A DNA stretch of 49,958 bases from an uncultured Acidobacteriota bacterium (GCA_963836075.1 CAWIIB010000004.1:1-49958); one strand, 5' to 3'; positions 1 through 15,177 are shown, counted from the stretch's first letter. Made by a program: numbers and translations. The notes: a model not told the origin generated them from the sequence alone.

Positions 1-2439
<2,439 letters not shown>

Positions 2440-2495
2440 TCAGATCTCACCCGGGAAATGGTGGTCTCCAGGAGACCAGAAAAAACCGTCGGGGA

Positions 2496-3644
2496 TCAGT
2501 TGCCGCTCGGGTCGCTGATCTGCCCCTTGATCACGCGAAAGCGTTTTTGCCTGTTCCAGGGTTCGCCCATGTCCAGTTCTTCCGCCGACACGGCGATGAA
2601 GAGCTGGAAGCGGTCCCGGCAATACTCCAAAAAACCCCCCGGCCCTGCCGGTCCAGTTCGCTCTCGAAATCATCGAAAAGGAATACCGGGTAGCCGCCGG
2701 TCCGATCCCGGTGAATCTCCGCCCGGCCCAGCTTGGCCGCCAGCAGGTCCCCCGTTGCTGGCCCGACAACCCGTACTGCCGCAGCAGCCGGCCACCGTAT
2801 CTGAAACTCGATCTCGTCGCGGTGCGGCCCCACCAGGGACATGCACCGTTCCCGCTCCGCGGTGCGGCGGATTCCAGTTTCTGCTTCAACCTCGCGCTCA
2901 CCGATTCCAGGCCCTCACCGGCAATGGAACCCTCGTCACCAATGGCTGTACGCAGAGTCATCCCCACCGGCGGCCGGGCGCCGGAGAAGAGCCCGGAGTG
3001 GATTTCCTGCAGCAAGTCGTTCAAACGGGAGACATAGGTCGCCCGCTCCAGCAGGATCCGGGAACCGAGATCGATGATACGCTCGTTCCAGGCCTCCAAT
3101 TCTATCAGAAATCCACCATTTTTTCCTGCAAAACCCCGCGCGGAATCGGCTAAAAAGCGGTTTTTTTGCCTTACCGCCCGCCGATACTCCACCAGGGTCT
3201 TCAAATAGGCCGTTTTGACCCCCACGATTCCGCGGTCGATGAACTTGCGCCGCTCTTCCGGACCACCCCGGACGATGGACAGGTGCTCTCCGGTAAAGGC
3301 CAGGGTGTCCAGCACACCGATGTAGTCGTAGAGGTCTTCCGTGCTGTCCGCCCGGCCGAAAGACTTGCCCCCGCCCTGCTCGATGCGGAAGAAAAACTCG
3401 TGCACCCGGCCGCTGTTTTCAACACATCCCTTGAGGGAACAGGCGCTCTGTTCCTCGGCAATCAAGTCGGACGGCTCCGGCAGTGGCCGGAACGATTTCG
3501 TGGTCCCGAGGATGTAGATCGCCTCCATCAGGTTGGTCTTGCCCTGCCCGTTCTCGCCCTGGATGATATTCAACCCGCGGAAAACCGGATCGTGGTGTTT
3601 GCCAGATTTCTGAAGTTGAACAGCGTGAGCGATTCGAGCGTCAT
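2496..3644 (-). CDS. recF: DNA replication/repair protein RecF (frameshifted)
   Basis: MTLESLTLFNFRN start, Walker A GENGQGKTNLMEAI, GGPEERRKFID, GPHRDE, SGQQR, FDDFESELD; lies between dnaN and gyrB. Confidence 0.93.
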
Positions 3645-3772
3645 CGGTGCCTTTGGATCGCGGTTCCCGAACAGCCGGAAGAGCGCACGTCAGATCGGTT
3701 CCGGGGTGGCCGGACGATCCACGGGACGATCGTGGGAAAGGTGGTGCGAGATGGTGGCCAGGGACGGGCCGA

Positions 3773-4901
3773 TCACAGACGCATCGGCATGATCACGTGA
3801 CGGAAGACGTAGTCGCCGTCGGTGGCCGGCCTGAAGAGCCCCTGGGTGGTGCCGTCCTTCAGGTCGATGCTGAATTTCGTCATCCTCCACGCAGCCCAGG
3901 AATTCGAGAATATACTGGGCGTTGAAACCGATACTCAGTTCATCATCTGACGGGAAGTCCACTTCGAGAAGGTCGCGGCCCTCCCCGAGATCGGGGTTGC
4001 TGGAGCTGACCAGCAGGCCGTTGGAACTGAAGCCGAGACGGACAGCCCTGGACCGTTCACTGGACATCAGGGCCACCCGCTTGACCACCGAGGTGATCGC
4101 CTCGCGGTTGAACACGGTGGAGATGTTGTTCTCCCGGGGCATCACCCGTTCGTATTTGGGGAAGGTCCCTTCCACCTTGCGGGTGATCAGCGTCCGCTGT
4201 TCGATGCGGAAGAAAATGTGATTTCCTTCCTGGCCCACCAGAACCTCGCCGTCATCCTCCACCTCGGCCACCATCTTGCGCAGCTCCACCAGGGACTTGC
4301 GCGGGATGAGAAACTCCACCGGTTCGGAGAGGCCGTCGACCTTGAACGGCACTTCCACCATGGACAGCCGGTGACCGTCGGTGGCCACCAACCGGATGAA
4401 TTCTCCATCGGCCATGAACTGCGCACCACTCACCGAGTAGCGGGCATCGTCATGGGTGATGGCAAAAACGATCTTGGGCAGGGACGACTTGAAAATCCAG
4501 GCCGGGAGCTTGAAAGCGCTTGGCCATGTCGCACTCGGGTTGCCTGGGGAAGTCGTCCACCGGCCAGACCGACGATCTCGAAGTGCGAAGACCCGGCATC
4601 GATCTCGAGCCAGTTGTTTTCCATCTTGCCGGCAGTTGAGCTCGGCGCCGGAGGGCAGTGCCCGGACGATCTCGAACAGCTTGCGCGAGGAAACGGTGAG
4701 CGCTCCCGGCTTCTTCACGCTGGAGAGCGGGCAGGTGGTGACCAGGCTCACCTCCATGTCGGTGGATACGATGGTCAGACCTTCATCACCGGCGGTGAGA
4801 TGAATGTTGGAAAGAATCGCCATGGCGTGTTTTTTCTCGACGATTCCCTGGACCAGCGAGAGCTCAAACTGCAGATCATCCTTTTTGACTGAAAACTCCA
4901 T
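3773..4901 (-). CDS. dnaN: DNA polymerase III beta sliding clamp (frameshifted)
   Basis: ILSNIHL, STDMEVSL, LVATDGHRLS, EGTFPKYERVMP, IGFNAQYILEFL, C-terminal HVIMPMRL. Confidence 0.96.
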
Positions 4902-4949
4902 GAAACCACTCCTTGGCGACGGAGGACCTTCCCGTGATCCTGCAGTCTT

Positions 4950-5187
4950 CTTCGACTAAAGAAGCAATAGATAACAAAATATCTAACAGTAGCTTTCGTA
5001 GTAGCTGTTAATACTGTGCAAAATATCAAAAGAACGATAATTTTTCAATGAGTTGGCAACCAGAATCGTCCCTGTTGAAGACTCAGGGAGCATCGGTTGA
5101 AAACCAACGGAAAACCCGTCAGACCGCGCCTGAACCCCGATTTCCTCAGGTTTTCAAAACGGGCAGCTGTCGATAAAAGGAGCAAGT
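4950..5187. other. oriC unwinding sub-region between dnaA and dnaN
   Basis: AT-rich tract with TAA-CAG-TAG (4984-4992) and TAG-TAG (4999-5004) trio-like repeats abutting tandem DnaA-box-like 9-mers TGTTAATAC and TGTGCAAAA (5006-5023); further box TGTCGATAA (5168-5176); IHF-like TTTCAA-N4-TTG (5043-5055). Confidence 0.8.
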
Positions 5188-6512
5188 TCAATTGAGCGCA
5201 TTAATAAAGCTGTTGATCTGCTTGTTGAAATCAGGATCGTCCTTGCGCATCTTCTCGATTTTTTTGATCGAGTGCATCACCGTGGAGTGATGCTTGCCGC
5301 CGAAGTTTCGCCCGATCTCCGGGAACGAGGCATTGGTCAGCTGCTTACTGAGATACATCGCGATCTGCCGCGGGAAGACACGCAGCGCGAGTTGTTCTTC
5401 GTTTTCAGCACCGCGGGCTTGAGGTTGTAGAACTCGGCCACCATCTCCATGATCACCTCGATGGAGATGACTTTGCGGTTTTCGCGGAAGAGGCTCTTCA
5501 GTGTCTCCTGGGCCAGGTCGAGATCGATCCGGCTGCCGGTGAGTGAGGCAAAGGCAATGACCCGGATCAGCGACCCTTCGAACTCGCGGATGTTCGAGCG
5601 GATCTTGCTGGCGATGAACAGGGCCACGTCCATCGGCAGGTCGATACCTTCCAGCTCGGCTTTCTTGCGCAGGATCGCCACCTTGGTTTCCAGGTCGGGC
5701 GGCTGGATGTCGGCGATCAGCCCCCACTCGAACCGCGAGCGGAGCCGCTCTTCCAGCTTGGGGATTTCCTTGGGCGCCGAGTCGCTGGTCATCACGATCT
5801 GTTTTTGCGAATTGTAGAGGTCGTTGAAGGTGTGGAAGAACTCCACCTGGGTCATCTCCTTGCCGGCCAGGAACTGGATGTCGTCGATCAGCAGCACGTC
5901 GATGGTGCGATATTTGCGCTGAAAGTCGCCGGTCTTTTTGAAACGGATGGCGTTGATCATCTCGTTCATGAATTTTTCGGCGGAGATGTAGATCAGCCGG
6001 TGTTCGGGGAACTTGCCAGGATCAGGTTGCCGATGGAGTGGATCAGGTGTGTCTTGCCCAGCCCCACACCGCCGTAGATGAAGAGCGGGTTGTAGCAGCG
6101 GGACGGGGTTTCGGCCACCGCCCGGCAGGCGGCGTTGGCGAACTGGTTGCTGGGGCCGACCACGAAACTGTCGAAGGTGTAGCGCGGGTTGATCGAGCCG
6201 GAGAGCCGGGTGGCGGCGGTGAAGTATTCGCTGTTTCTCTGATCCGCGGCCTGATCGGCTGATTTTTCGGCATCGCCGTTGGTGACCTCGAAGAGGATTT
6301 TCAGGTGACCGAGGTTCACCTCTTCCAGGGCTTCGTCAAGACTGCGGCGGTATTGCGAGCGAAATAATGTCCCGCCAGAAATTGTTCGGGACCCTGAGGG
6401 TCAGCGTCTGGTCGTCGCCGGGAACGGCCTCGATTTTTCGGAACCACATGTCGAGACTGTGCCGGTTGACCCTCTTTTCGAGGGCCGTGAGAATATTTTC
6501 CCAGAGGTTCAT
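5188..6512 (-). CDS. dnaA: Chromosomal replication initiator DnaA (frameshifted)
   Basis: [86 protein letters not shown]. Confidence 0.98.
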
Positions 6513-6599
6513 GGTGGGGGTCCGGCCTTTTTACCGCGATCTTCCGGCCCCTCCGGCGGGTAACCCGAGACCGTCGCGGTTCGCGTTCGGTTGAATGCC

Positions 6600-6815
6600 A
6601 CTTGAATTCTTTTTCCACAAGTCGTCAACAACTGTTCATAACCTGTGGAAAAAAACGATAAAACCATTACAATGAGACAGTTGTTCTTATAATTATTGCT
6701 TCGTAAAAGTGGGTGATTTTTTTAACTTTTGATCCCGTAAGAATGTTGCATTCTAGCACAGGGCAAGCTTTTTTTCAATCGGATCGACCCTGTTTCGGGC
6801 CGTTTTTCCACGGCC
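6600..6815. other. DnaA-box cluster and AT-rich region upstream of dnaA (second oriC sub-region or dnaA autoregulation)
   Basis: TTTTCCACA (6611-6619), TGTTCATAA, TGTGGAAAA (6644-6652) and TTTTCCACG (about 6803) in an AT-rich intergenic stretch. Confidence 0.75.
6750..6778 (-). promoter_or_regulatory. Sigma70-type promoter for dnaA
   Basis: Minus strand reads TTGAAA-N17-TAGAAT. Confidence 0.65.
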
Positions 6816-6867
6816 TGAAGACGAAAAAAAAGCGAAAACATGTACGTGAAAGAGCGGTCCGGTTTTC

Positions 6868-6896
6868 TTGACAAGGTCCGGTGGCGTACCTACAAT
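6868..6896 (+). promoter_or_regulatory. Sigma70-type promoter for the rpmH operon
   Basis: TTGACA-N17-TACAAT about 40 nt upstream of the rpmH ATG. Confidence 0.8.
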
Positions 6897-6935
6897 ACCA
6901 AGTTCGATTTTTGATTTGATAGAAAGGCAAGGATT

Positions 6936-7070
6936 ATGAAGAGAACGTTTCAACCAAACAACCGGAAACGGCAGAAGACTCACGGATTCCTGGTTCGGAT
7001 GAAGACCAAGGGCGGGCGGACGATCATCAACCGGCGCCGGGCCAAAAAGCGCAAACGGCTGGCCGTGTAG
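6936..7070 (+). CDS. rpmH: 50S ribosomal protein L34 (not in the ORF track)
   Basis: [44 protein letters not shown], 44 aa. Confidence 0.98.
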   Translation: MKRTFQPNNRKRQKTHGFLVRMKTKGGRTIINRRRAKKRKRLAV

Positions 7071-7157
7071 GGTGCCAACGGCCCCGGCTTGCTCGCTGCG
7101 CATCGGCTCCCCGGACGGAGGCCGTCGCGGGTCTTCGTTTTCCGGGACAGGAACTCC

Positions 7158-7568
7158 TTGAGTATCAGAGGCACCCAGTCGTTCCGGCCGGAAGATCGGA
7201 TCACCAGGAGCAGCCGCTTCAAGCAGATCTACGGGGAAAAGAACGCGCTTTTTTCCCACACCATGGTGGTCTATCATGCCGTTGCGGAGGGGGACCGTTC
7301 CCGGATCGGTCTGACCGTCTCCAGGAAAATCGGCAATGCCGTGGTTCGCAACCGGACCAAGCGGCGGCTGCGTGAGGTGTTCAGGAAAAACCGTCTCGCG
7401 CTGGACCTGCCCCTGGACCTGGTGGTCAACGCCAAGAAGAGTATTCGGGACACGGACTTCAGAACACTGGAGGCTGAATTTCGTATCGTCATCAGGCGGC
7501 TGAACAGATTTTACGGAAAGCAAGGGCAGGAGAGGCCGGACCAACCGTCGGCTCGCAACACCCGATAA
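7158..7568 (+). CDS. rnpA: Ribonuclease P protein component
   Basis: [28 protein letters not shown] motif; follows rpmH; TTG start inferred. Confidence 0.95.
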   Translation: MSIRGTQSFRPEDRITRSSRFKQIYGEKNALFSHTMVVYHAVAEGDRSRIGLTVSRKIGNAVVRNRTKRRLREVFRKNRLALDLPLDLVVNAKKSIRDTDFRTLEAEFRIVIRRLNRFYGKQGQERPDQPSARNTR

Positions 7569-7570
7569 CA

Positions 7571-7818
7571 GTGCAGCGAAACACGAGATTCAGGCTGGTC
7601 CTTCTCCCAAGAATCTGCATCTGCGCCATTCTCAGGCTGTACAAACTGACGATCTCACCCCTTCTTCCCCCAAGCTGTCGATTTCATCCGACCTGCTCGG
7701 AGTATGCCCGGGCAGCAATTGAACGGAAGGGCGTGCTGGCCGGCGGCTCCTGGCCCTGAAGCGGCTGCTCAAATGTCACCCTTTCCATCCCGGGGGGTTT
7801 GATCCCCCGCCCGCGTGA
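7571..7818 (+). CDS. yidD: Membrane protein insertion efficiency factor (frameshifted)
   Basis: [19 protein letters not shown] ... [15 protein letters not shown]. Confidence 0.93.
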
Positions 7819-7839
7819 AGGTTGCACGGTCCTCATCCC

Positions 7840-9746
7840 ATGGAAAAACGAACGATCGTCGTCATCGTCCTCTCGATCCTGTTCCTCGTGGTCTGGAACT
7901 ATTTCTTTGTGGCGCCGAAGCAGGCAGAGCTTCGTGAAAAGGCGGCCGCGGAACGGGCCCTGCTGGAGGCGGCGGCCGCCGCCGAACCGGATGCGGCGCC
8001 ACCGCCGGCGGCGAGCGACCCCGGTGGAGCCCGGCGGCACCGCCTGGCGGATCTGATCGCCGGAACAGGACGCGCCGCCGAGACCGGGACCTGGCCGGCC
8101 GTTGCCGCCGCGGCCGAGGAGACGGTGGTGATCGAGGACAGCCTCTACCGTGTGGAGCTGACCAACGCCGGCGGCCGGGTCAAGAGCTGGATCCTCAAGT
8201 CCTTCAACGGCGGCGACGGGGACCCGCTGGAGCTGGTGTCGGCCAGCGCCCACACCCTGGGCCGCCTGCCCCTGGAGATCGCCTACGGCGGGCCCGGAAA
8301 ATTCCGCCCGGATCAATTCCGCCCTGTGGCAGGTTGAGCGGTCCGCCCCGGTGGACCTCGACCTGGTGGGCCGCTTCGATGGCGAGGTCGCCGACACGCT
8401 GCGGCTGAGTCTACGCCGACGGACTGGGCCTCGAGGTGGTCAAGGAGTTCGTCTTTTACCGGGACAACTACCACCTCGGGTTCAGCTGCCAGGTGAAGGA
8501 CAAGGGCGTCCCGCGGGAATACGAGATCCTGCTCGGGCCGGGAATGGGCAACCCCTCGAAGGAGGAGGCCAAGAACCGCTACTTCTTCTTTGGCCGGGTC
8601 CTGCTGGAAACCGCCCCCCCGGGAGGCGAACAGAAATCGAGCGGGTGGCCGACCGGGACGAGTCGAAGAGCGGGAAGCGACTCGGCGGTACCTGCTCGGC
8701 TTCGTCCGCAAGCGGGTGCCCTACCTCCGTGACGGGGACGCGCTGCGCATCGAGAACCGTGTTCGCTGGATCGGCATCGAGGACAACTACTTCGTCTTCT
8801 ACCCTGGTCCCCGAAGCCGAGCCGGGACCGGCCCGATCCACCCTTCAGCGTGAACGCGCCGGCGGAGGCCCAGGCGGAAAGCAAGGAGAAGAAGGCGACC
8901 CGGCCCGAGACCAACTCGCCGTCTCCACCACGGTCAACCGCGGAGAGCCCGCGGTTCGACCTCTACGTCGGACCCAAGGAGGAGGATGCCCTCCGTGCCG
9001 GCGGACTGAACCCGAACGAGATCATCGATTTCGGTTTCTTCGGATTCATCGGCCGGCCGCTGCTCTGGATGCTCAACGCCATTTACGGTGTCCTGGGCAA
9101 CTACGGTTTTGCCATCATCATTCTGACCATCATGATCAAGATCCTCTTCCTGCCGCTGACCCACAAGCAGCTCTCCTCGATGAAAAAGATGCAGTCGGTG
9201 CAGCCGCAGATGAAGGCGATCCAGGCCAAGTACAAAAAAGCCCAAGGAGGACATGAAGGCCCGGCAGAAGATGAACGAGGAGGTGATGGCCCTCTACAAG
9301 AAGGAGGGGGTCAACCCGCTGGGCGGCTGCTTCCCGCTTCTCCTGCAGCTGCCGGTGCTCTACGCGTTCTACAGCTTCCTGCCGGTGGCCATCGAGCTGC
9401 GCCAGGCCCCGTTCATCCTCTGGGTCCAGGACCTTTCGCTCAAGGACCCCTTCTACGTGACCCCCATCGTCATGGGGGCCACCATGTTCCTCCAGCAAAA
9501 ACTGACTCCGATGGCATCCGTCGATCCTACCCAGAGACGGATGTTTACATTGATGCCCCTGATCTTCACCGTCTTCTTCATCAACCTTCCCAGCGGTCTC
9601 GTGCTCTACTGGCTGGTGAACAACGTGCTGTCCATTTTCCAGCAGATGTTCATCAACAAGAAGAAAGACACGCCGGCCGCCGTTCAGCCGGGAAGAAGGA
9701 GAAGTCGGCGAAGGCAGTCGAGGCAAAGCCGAGGAAGAAAAAATGA
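7840..9746 (+). CDS. yidC: Membrane protein insertase YidC (frameshifted)
   Basis: [13 protein letters not shown]-terminal [55 protein letters not shown]. Confidence 0.95.
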
Positions 9747-10635
9747 CCGACCAGCACGAGTTTGCCGGAAAGACCATCGAGGAGGCGCTGGAGCTGGCTG
9801 CAGAAGAGCTGGCGGCCAACCTGGAGAGCATCGAGTACAAGCTGCTCGAGACGCCGAAGCGTTTCTTCTTCATGGGCGGCTCCAAGGAGTACCGCATCCG
9901 GGTGCTCAGATACACGCCGGCTGCCGGAGGCTCGGGCCGGTGGTGAAGCCGCCGCCGCGGCCGGCCGAGCCGGCCCGGCAGAGACCGCACCGCCGGCCGC
10001 AGGAGCGGCGACCGCCGGCCCGCCGGGAGGACCCGCCGCCGGCAGGAGAGGCCGGCGCCGCCGGCCCGTCGGGAGGCAGCCGCCGGCCCGTCAGGAGAGG
10101 CCGGCAGCGCGGACCACCGCCCGCAGGCCGGTCGGGAGACGCGCCAGGAACAGCCCGTTCGCCGGGAGAAGCTGGAACAGGCCGCGATGACGATGAACTC
10201 GACCGGATCATGGACCTGGTGGATGACTTCATCGACAGCTGGGGCATGAACCTGGAGATGGAGGTCGACACCAGCGACGAGCGGCTGGAGATCAATTTCT
10301 TTGGCGATGACCAGCAGTATCTGCTGGAGAAGAAGGGCGCGGGCCTGCTGGCGCTCCAGCTGATCCTGGGCAAGATGCTCTACAAGCGCGGGCTGATCCG
10401 CCGCAAGCTCCAGGTGGACTGCCAGGGATACCGGCAGCGCCGGGAGAATGAACTCCGGGAGATCGCCAACCGCACGGCCGACCGGGTAAAGAAGAACGGC
10501 GAGGATGCCTTCCTCAACCCGATGAATCCCTACGAGCGGCGCATCGTCCACCTGGCGCTGGTGGATGACCAGCAGGTGACCACCGACAGCCTGGGCGAAG
10601 GATACATGAAGAAGATTCGCGTCACACGGATCTGA
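9743..10635 (+). CDS. jag: Jag/KhpB (EloR) RNA-binding protein with Jag_N, KH and R3H domains (frameshifted)
   Basis: [14 protein letters not shown]-terminus, low-complexity linker, [15 protein letters not shown]3H motif; follows yidC. Confidence 0.9.
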
Positions 10636-10660
10636 GTGCCTGTTGTCTCAGCCGCATCAG

Positions 10661-10691
10661 AAGAGCCGGTCGCGCGAGGGTCGGCTCTTTT
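10661..10691 (+). terminator. Intrinsic terminator after jag
   Basis: AGAGCCGG/TCGGCTCT stem followed by T residues. Confidence 0.55.
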
Positions 10692-10809
10692 GTGTACACC
10701 TGCGGGTACGCCGCACTCATGGCCCGGCGGTCCGGCATCACCCTCTGTCGCTCACGGTCCCTCTGTCCTCCTGCTTGACCATCAGCGCCATTTCGTTCAG
10801 ATTAACGCC

Positions 10810-12215
10810 ATGAAACCGATCGACGAACAGGACACCATCGTGGCCGTGGCCACGCCGCCGGGCCACGGCGCCCTGGGTGTGGTGCGGCTCAGCGGCAGCG
10901 AGGCCTGGAGCATCTGCTGCCGGCCTGGTGCGCTTTCCCGCCGGCCGGCGCTTTCGCCCGCAGCCGTGGCGCGCATACTTCGGCCGGGCGGTGCTCGACG
11001 ACGGGGCGCTGGAGCTGGACCAGGTGGTGGCGCTGTTCTATGCGCCGCCAAAGAGCTACACCGGCCAGGAGATGGTGGAGCTGACCTGCCACGGCAGCCC
11101 GGCGGTTCTGGCCCGGCTGGTGGAGGAGGCCGTGGCCATCGGCGCGCGTCCCGCCGACCCGGGCGAGTTCTCGCTTCGCGCGTATCTCAACGGCAAGCTC
11201 GACCTGGCCCAGGCCGAGGCGGTGGACGCCCTGATCCGCGCCGGCAGCCTGGGCGAGGCGATCAACGCCATGGCCGCCCTGGGCGGGAAGCCGTCGCGGA
11301 TCATCGCCGGGATCTGTGAGCAGCTGGAAGAGCGGCTGGCCTTCCTCGAGGCGGCCATCGAGTTTCCCGAGGACCTGGGGCCGGAGGAGAGCGGCATGCC
11401 CACGACCGGGCGGTGGGCGGCCTGGAAAAGCAGCTGGCCGGGATGAGCCGGGAGTTCCGAGCGCGGCCGGCTGCTCCGGGAGGGGGTCAGGGTGACGCTG
11501 GCCGGCACGGGCCAACGCCGGCAAGTCCAGCGTTTTCAATAGGTTACTGAGAAAGAAGCGGGCCATTGTCACCTCGGCCCCCGGGACCACCCGGGATCTT
11601 CTGGAGGCGGAATACCATGCCGGGCCGGTGCGGGTGCGGCTCTTCGACACCGCCGGGTTGACCACCCCGCGGAGCGAGGCGGACCGGGCCGGCATGCGCA
11701 AGAGCCGCCAGGCCCTGGCCCGGGCCGAAGTTGCTGCTGGTGGTGGTGGATGCCTCGCGCCCGCTCACCGCCCGGGACCGGGCGCTCTGCTCCGGACCGC
11801 GGGCCCGGAGCGGACTGGTTCTGCTGAACAAGGTGGACCTGGCGCCGGCCGGGCCGCCACCGGGAAGCGTCTGGAGCGGCTGGGTGCGGCGAACATCGTC
11901 GAGATCTCGGCGCGAACCGGGCGCGGGTTCCGCGAGCTGGAGCGCCGGCTGGCGGCCCGGGTGGACGAGGTCTGGCAGCAGACCGCCGGGGCAGGGCGGC
12001 GGGTTCATGATCAACCTTCGCCAGCGAAAACTGCTCGACACGGCGCGGAAGGAACTGGCCGCCGCCCGGCAGGAGTCTGGACGGGCGGTGAGGGCGAGGA
12101 GCTGGCCGCCCATCACCTGCGGCGGGCGCTGGATACCCTGGACGGTTTTTCCGGCCGAACGCTGCCCGACCGGTTGCTGCGGCGTATTTTTGACCGGTTC
12201 TGTATCGGCAAGTGA
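10810..12215 (+). CDS. mnmE: tRNA modification GTPase MnmE (frameshifted)
   Basis: DTIVAVATPPGHGALGVVRLSG, PKSYTG, GEFSLRAYLNGKLDLAQAEAV, NAGKSS, PGTTRD, DTAG, NKVD, C-terminal FCIGK. Confidence 0.96.
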
Positions 12216-12280
12216 GGGGGCCGGGCGCTCGGCTCAGGAGCAACATGGCCTGGCCTGGTGGAGAAAGAGTGTGAAAGCGG

Positions 12281-14178
12281 ATGGGCTCTGATCGGTATGA
12301 CGTGGTGGTGGTGGGCGGCGGTCACGCCGGGTGCGAGGCGGCGCTGGCCGCCGGCCGCATGGGCGCCCGCACCCTGCTGCTCAGCATGAGCCGGGACAAG
12401 CTGGCCGCCATGCCCTGCAACCCGTCGGTGGGCGGGCTGGCCAAGGGGCACCTGGTGCGCGAGATCGACGCCCTGGGCGGCGTGATGGCCCGGCTGGCCG
12501 ACCAGGCCGGAATCCATTTCCGGACCCTGAACAGCAGCAAGGGGCCGGCGGTTCAGGCCACCCGGGCCCAGGAGGACAAGGCGCTCTACTGCCCGCCTGA
12601 TGCTGGAACAGCTGGAGAACCGGGCCGGCGTTGAGATCTGCTGGAAGGCGAGGCGGTGGAGATCGAGGCGCGGGACGGGCGGGTCGAGGCGGTGCTCACC
12701 GCCGACGGCCGGCGTTTCGCCGCCGCGCGCCGTGGTGCTGGCCGCGGGCACCTTTCTCGGCGGTCTGATCCACATGGGGCACCGGACCTTCCCCGCCGGC
12801 CGGGATGGCGAGCCGCCGGCCGCCGCGCTTTCCGCGTCTCTTCGCGTCGGCTGGGCTTTCGTCTCGGCCGCCTGAAAACCGGAACGCCGCCGCGGCTGGA
12901 CGCCGCCACCATCGATTTCAGCGCCTTTACGAGCAGCCCGGCGAGGACGATGCCGTGCCCTTCTCCTTTGAAACCGCGCGCACCGGGCCGAACAGCATCA
13001 CCTGCCACATGGGGTTCACCGGGCCGCGACTGAAAGCGATCGTCGAGAAGAACCTCGACCGTCGGCGCTCTACGGCGGGGCGATCACCGGCATCGGCCCC
13101 CGCTACTGCCCCTCCATCGAGGACAAGGTGGTCCGCTTCTCGCACAAGGAGCAGCACCAGCTGGTGCTCGAGCCCGAGGGGCCGGAGAGCCGGAGCATCT
13201 ATCTCAACGGCCTTTCCAACTCCATGCCCGAGGCGATCCAGCTGGAGATGGTCCGCGCCATTCCCGGCCTGGAGCGGGCCGAATTGCTCCGGCCGGGCTA
13301 TGCCATCGAGTACGACTTTGTCCCTCCGGAGCAGCTTCGGCCCTCGCTGGAAACCCGCGCGGTGCGCGGGCTCTACCATGCCGGACAGGTCAACGGCACC
13401 TCGGGATACGAGGAGGCGGCGGCCCAGGGACTGATCGCCGGGATCAATGCGGTTCTCGGTCTCGCGGAGAAGGGCGAGCCGCTGGTGCTGGGCCGTGCCG
13501 AGGCCTATGCCGGCGTGCTGGTGGATGACCTGGTGACCCTGGGCACGGCGCGAGCCGTACCGCATGTTCACCTCCCGGGCCGAGCACCGGCTGCTGCTGG
13601 GCATCGACACCGCCGAAGCAGCGGCTGCTGCGCCACGGGGCACGGCTGGGTCTGGTGCCCGGGACGCGCCTGCGGCGGTTCGAGGAGAGCGAGGAGCGGG
13701 TGGATGCGGCCCGCCGCGCCGCCTGCGTTCGCTGGTGGTGAAGCCGGACAGCGAGCTGGCCGGCAGAGGTGTCCGCGGCCTTCGGGTTCCGGCTCTCCCG
13801 GCCGGCCAGCCTGGAGGAGATGCTCCGCCGTCCCGGGGCCTGCCTGGACGGCGAGGCTGTCGCCGCTGGAGATCGAACCGCTGGCCGGCCTCAATCGCCA
13901 GGAGCGGCGGCGTCTCTACTACGCCATCAAGTACGAGGGCTACATCGAGCGGGAGACCCGGGAAGCCGGGAAAGCGGCGGAGATGGAGGGAGCGGCGGCT
14001 GCCCGAGGAGCTCGACTATCGCTCGGTGCCCAGTCTCAAGCGCGAGGCGGCGGAGAAGCTGGACCGGCTGCGGCCCGAAACCTTCGGCCTGGCCAGCCGG
14101 ATCCCGGGGTCACCCCGGCGGACCTGGTGGCCGATCCGGGTCCACCTGAAGCAGAAAAGGCCGGGGCGAGCAGAATGA
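12281..14178 (+). CDS. mnmG: tRNA uridine 5-carboxymethylaminomethyl modification enzyme MnmG/GidA (frameshifted)
   Basis: [78 protein letters not shown]. Confidence 0.97.
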
Positions 14179-14851
14179 CCGCGGTAACAATCAGGACCGC
14201 CGCTTTCTTCCCCTGGTGGAGGAGGGACTGGACGCTGGCCGGTGTCTCCGACCGGGAAGGGCTGGCCGGCCGGCTGGCCGGCTACTGCGCCATGGTGCGG
14301 CGGTTCCGCCGCGCCGCCGGCCTCACCGCCGAGCGTGACGACCGGTTGATGACGCTGAAAATGGCCATCGAACCGCTGCTGGCCCTCCGCTTCCTGTCCG
14401 CTACCCCACGGACCCTGCTGGATGTGGGTTCCGGCGCCGGTTCGCCGGGAATCGCCCTGGCCGCGGCGAACCCGGTCCTGGACGTGACCATGCTCGAGCC
14501 GGACCGGCGAAAGAGCGTTTTCATCGGTGAGGCGATCCGCACCCTCGAACTGCCCAATGCCGCGGATCGAGCGCATGCGCCTGGAGGAACTGCTTGCGAA
14601 CTCCGGAAACAGCGGAGTCCTGGCCGATTGTGGTCTCCCGCGCGGCGATGAAGCCGGCCAAAATGACCGAAGTGGTGGGCAAATCCATGCCCGGGACCAC
14701 CCGGCTGATCCTCTTTCTCAGTGTCGACGGCGTCAAGGAGGCCGGGTCCGGGCCCTGGTTCCGAGCTGATCGATCAGGTGTCCCTCCCCTGGCGTCCCTC
14801 CAGCCGCGTGGCCCTCTTCGAACGGATCTGATGGTACAATCAGTCGAATAG
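14175..14851 (+). CDS. rsmG: 16S rRNA m7G527 methyltransferase RsmG/GidB (frameshifted; 3' end uncertain)
   Basis: [19 protein letters not shown] motif, [14 protein letters not shown]; directly follows mnmG. Confidence 0.85.
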
Positions 14852-14856
14852 CGGAA

Positions 14857-15107
14857 CGTTGGCGGGGATGGTCTTCATCTGAACGACCTGTCGGTCGACG
14901 TGCCGCCGTTGTGCGAACAAAACCGCGCGGGAAACCGCGGCCGGGTCAGGCAAGCTCCGGCCGCGAAACAGGTGATGATGGAAACCATCAAAATCCTTCG
15001 TGCCGGGCGAACAATCCGGAACGCGGAGGGATCCCGCCGGTTTTGGAGCTTACAACGGCGTGCACTCGCAGACCGGGAGTGAGGATGAAGGGCCGGCTTC
15101 GTCAACG
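14857..15107 (+). repeat. About 250-nt rod-like imperfect palindrome, copy 1 (candidate ncRNA or non-autonomous element)
   Basis: Nested stems CGTTGGCGGGG/CTTCGTCAACG, CTTCATC/GATGAAG, CGCCGTTGT/ACAACGGCG, AAAACCG/CGGTTTT, apical TGATGG-AAA-CCATCA; homologous to 22166-22420 on the minus strand. Confidence 0.8.
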
Positions 15108-15161
15108 GATAAAATCCCTTTTTCACCTGCTATTGATTGGATTTTCCAGATTTTTGCGAAC

Positions 15162-15177
15162 TGTTCCACGTGGAACA
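15162..15177. promoter_or_regulatory. parS: parS centromere-like site 1
   Basis: Perfect palindrome TGTTCCACGTGGAACA upstream of parAB. Confidence 0.95.

Noticed and set aside
14857-15107. Rod element as an integron attC site or a hammerhead ribozyme
   Set aside because: GTT precedes AAC (the reverse of attC box order), it is too long, there is no integrase, and I find no complete CUGANGA/GAAA core.
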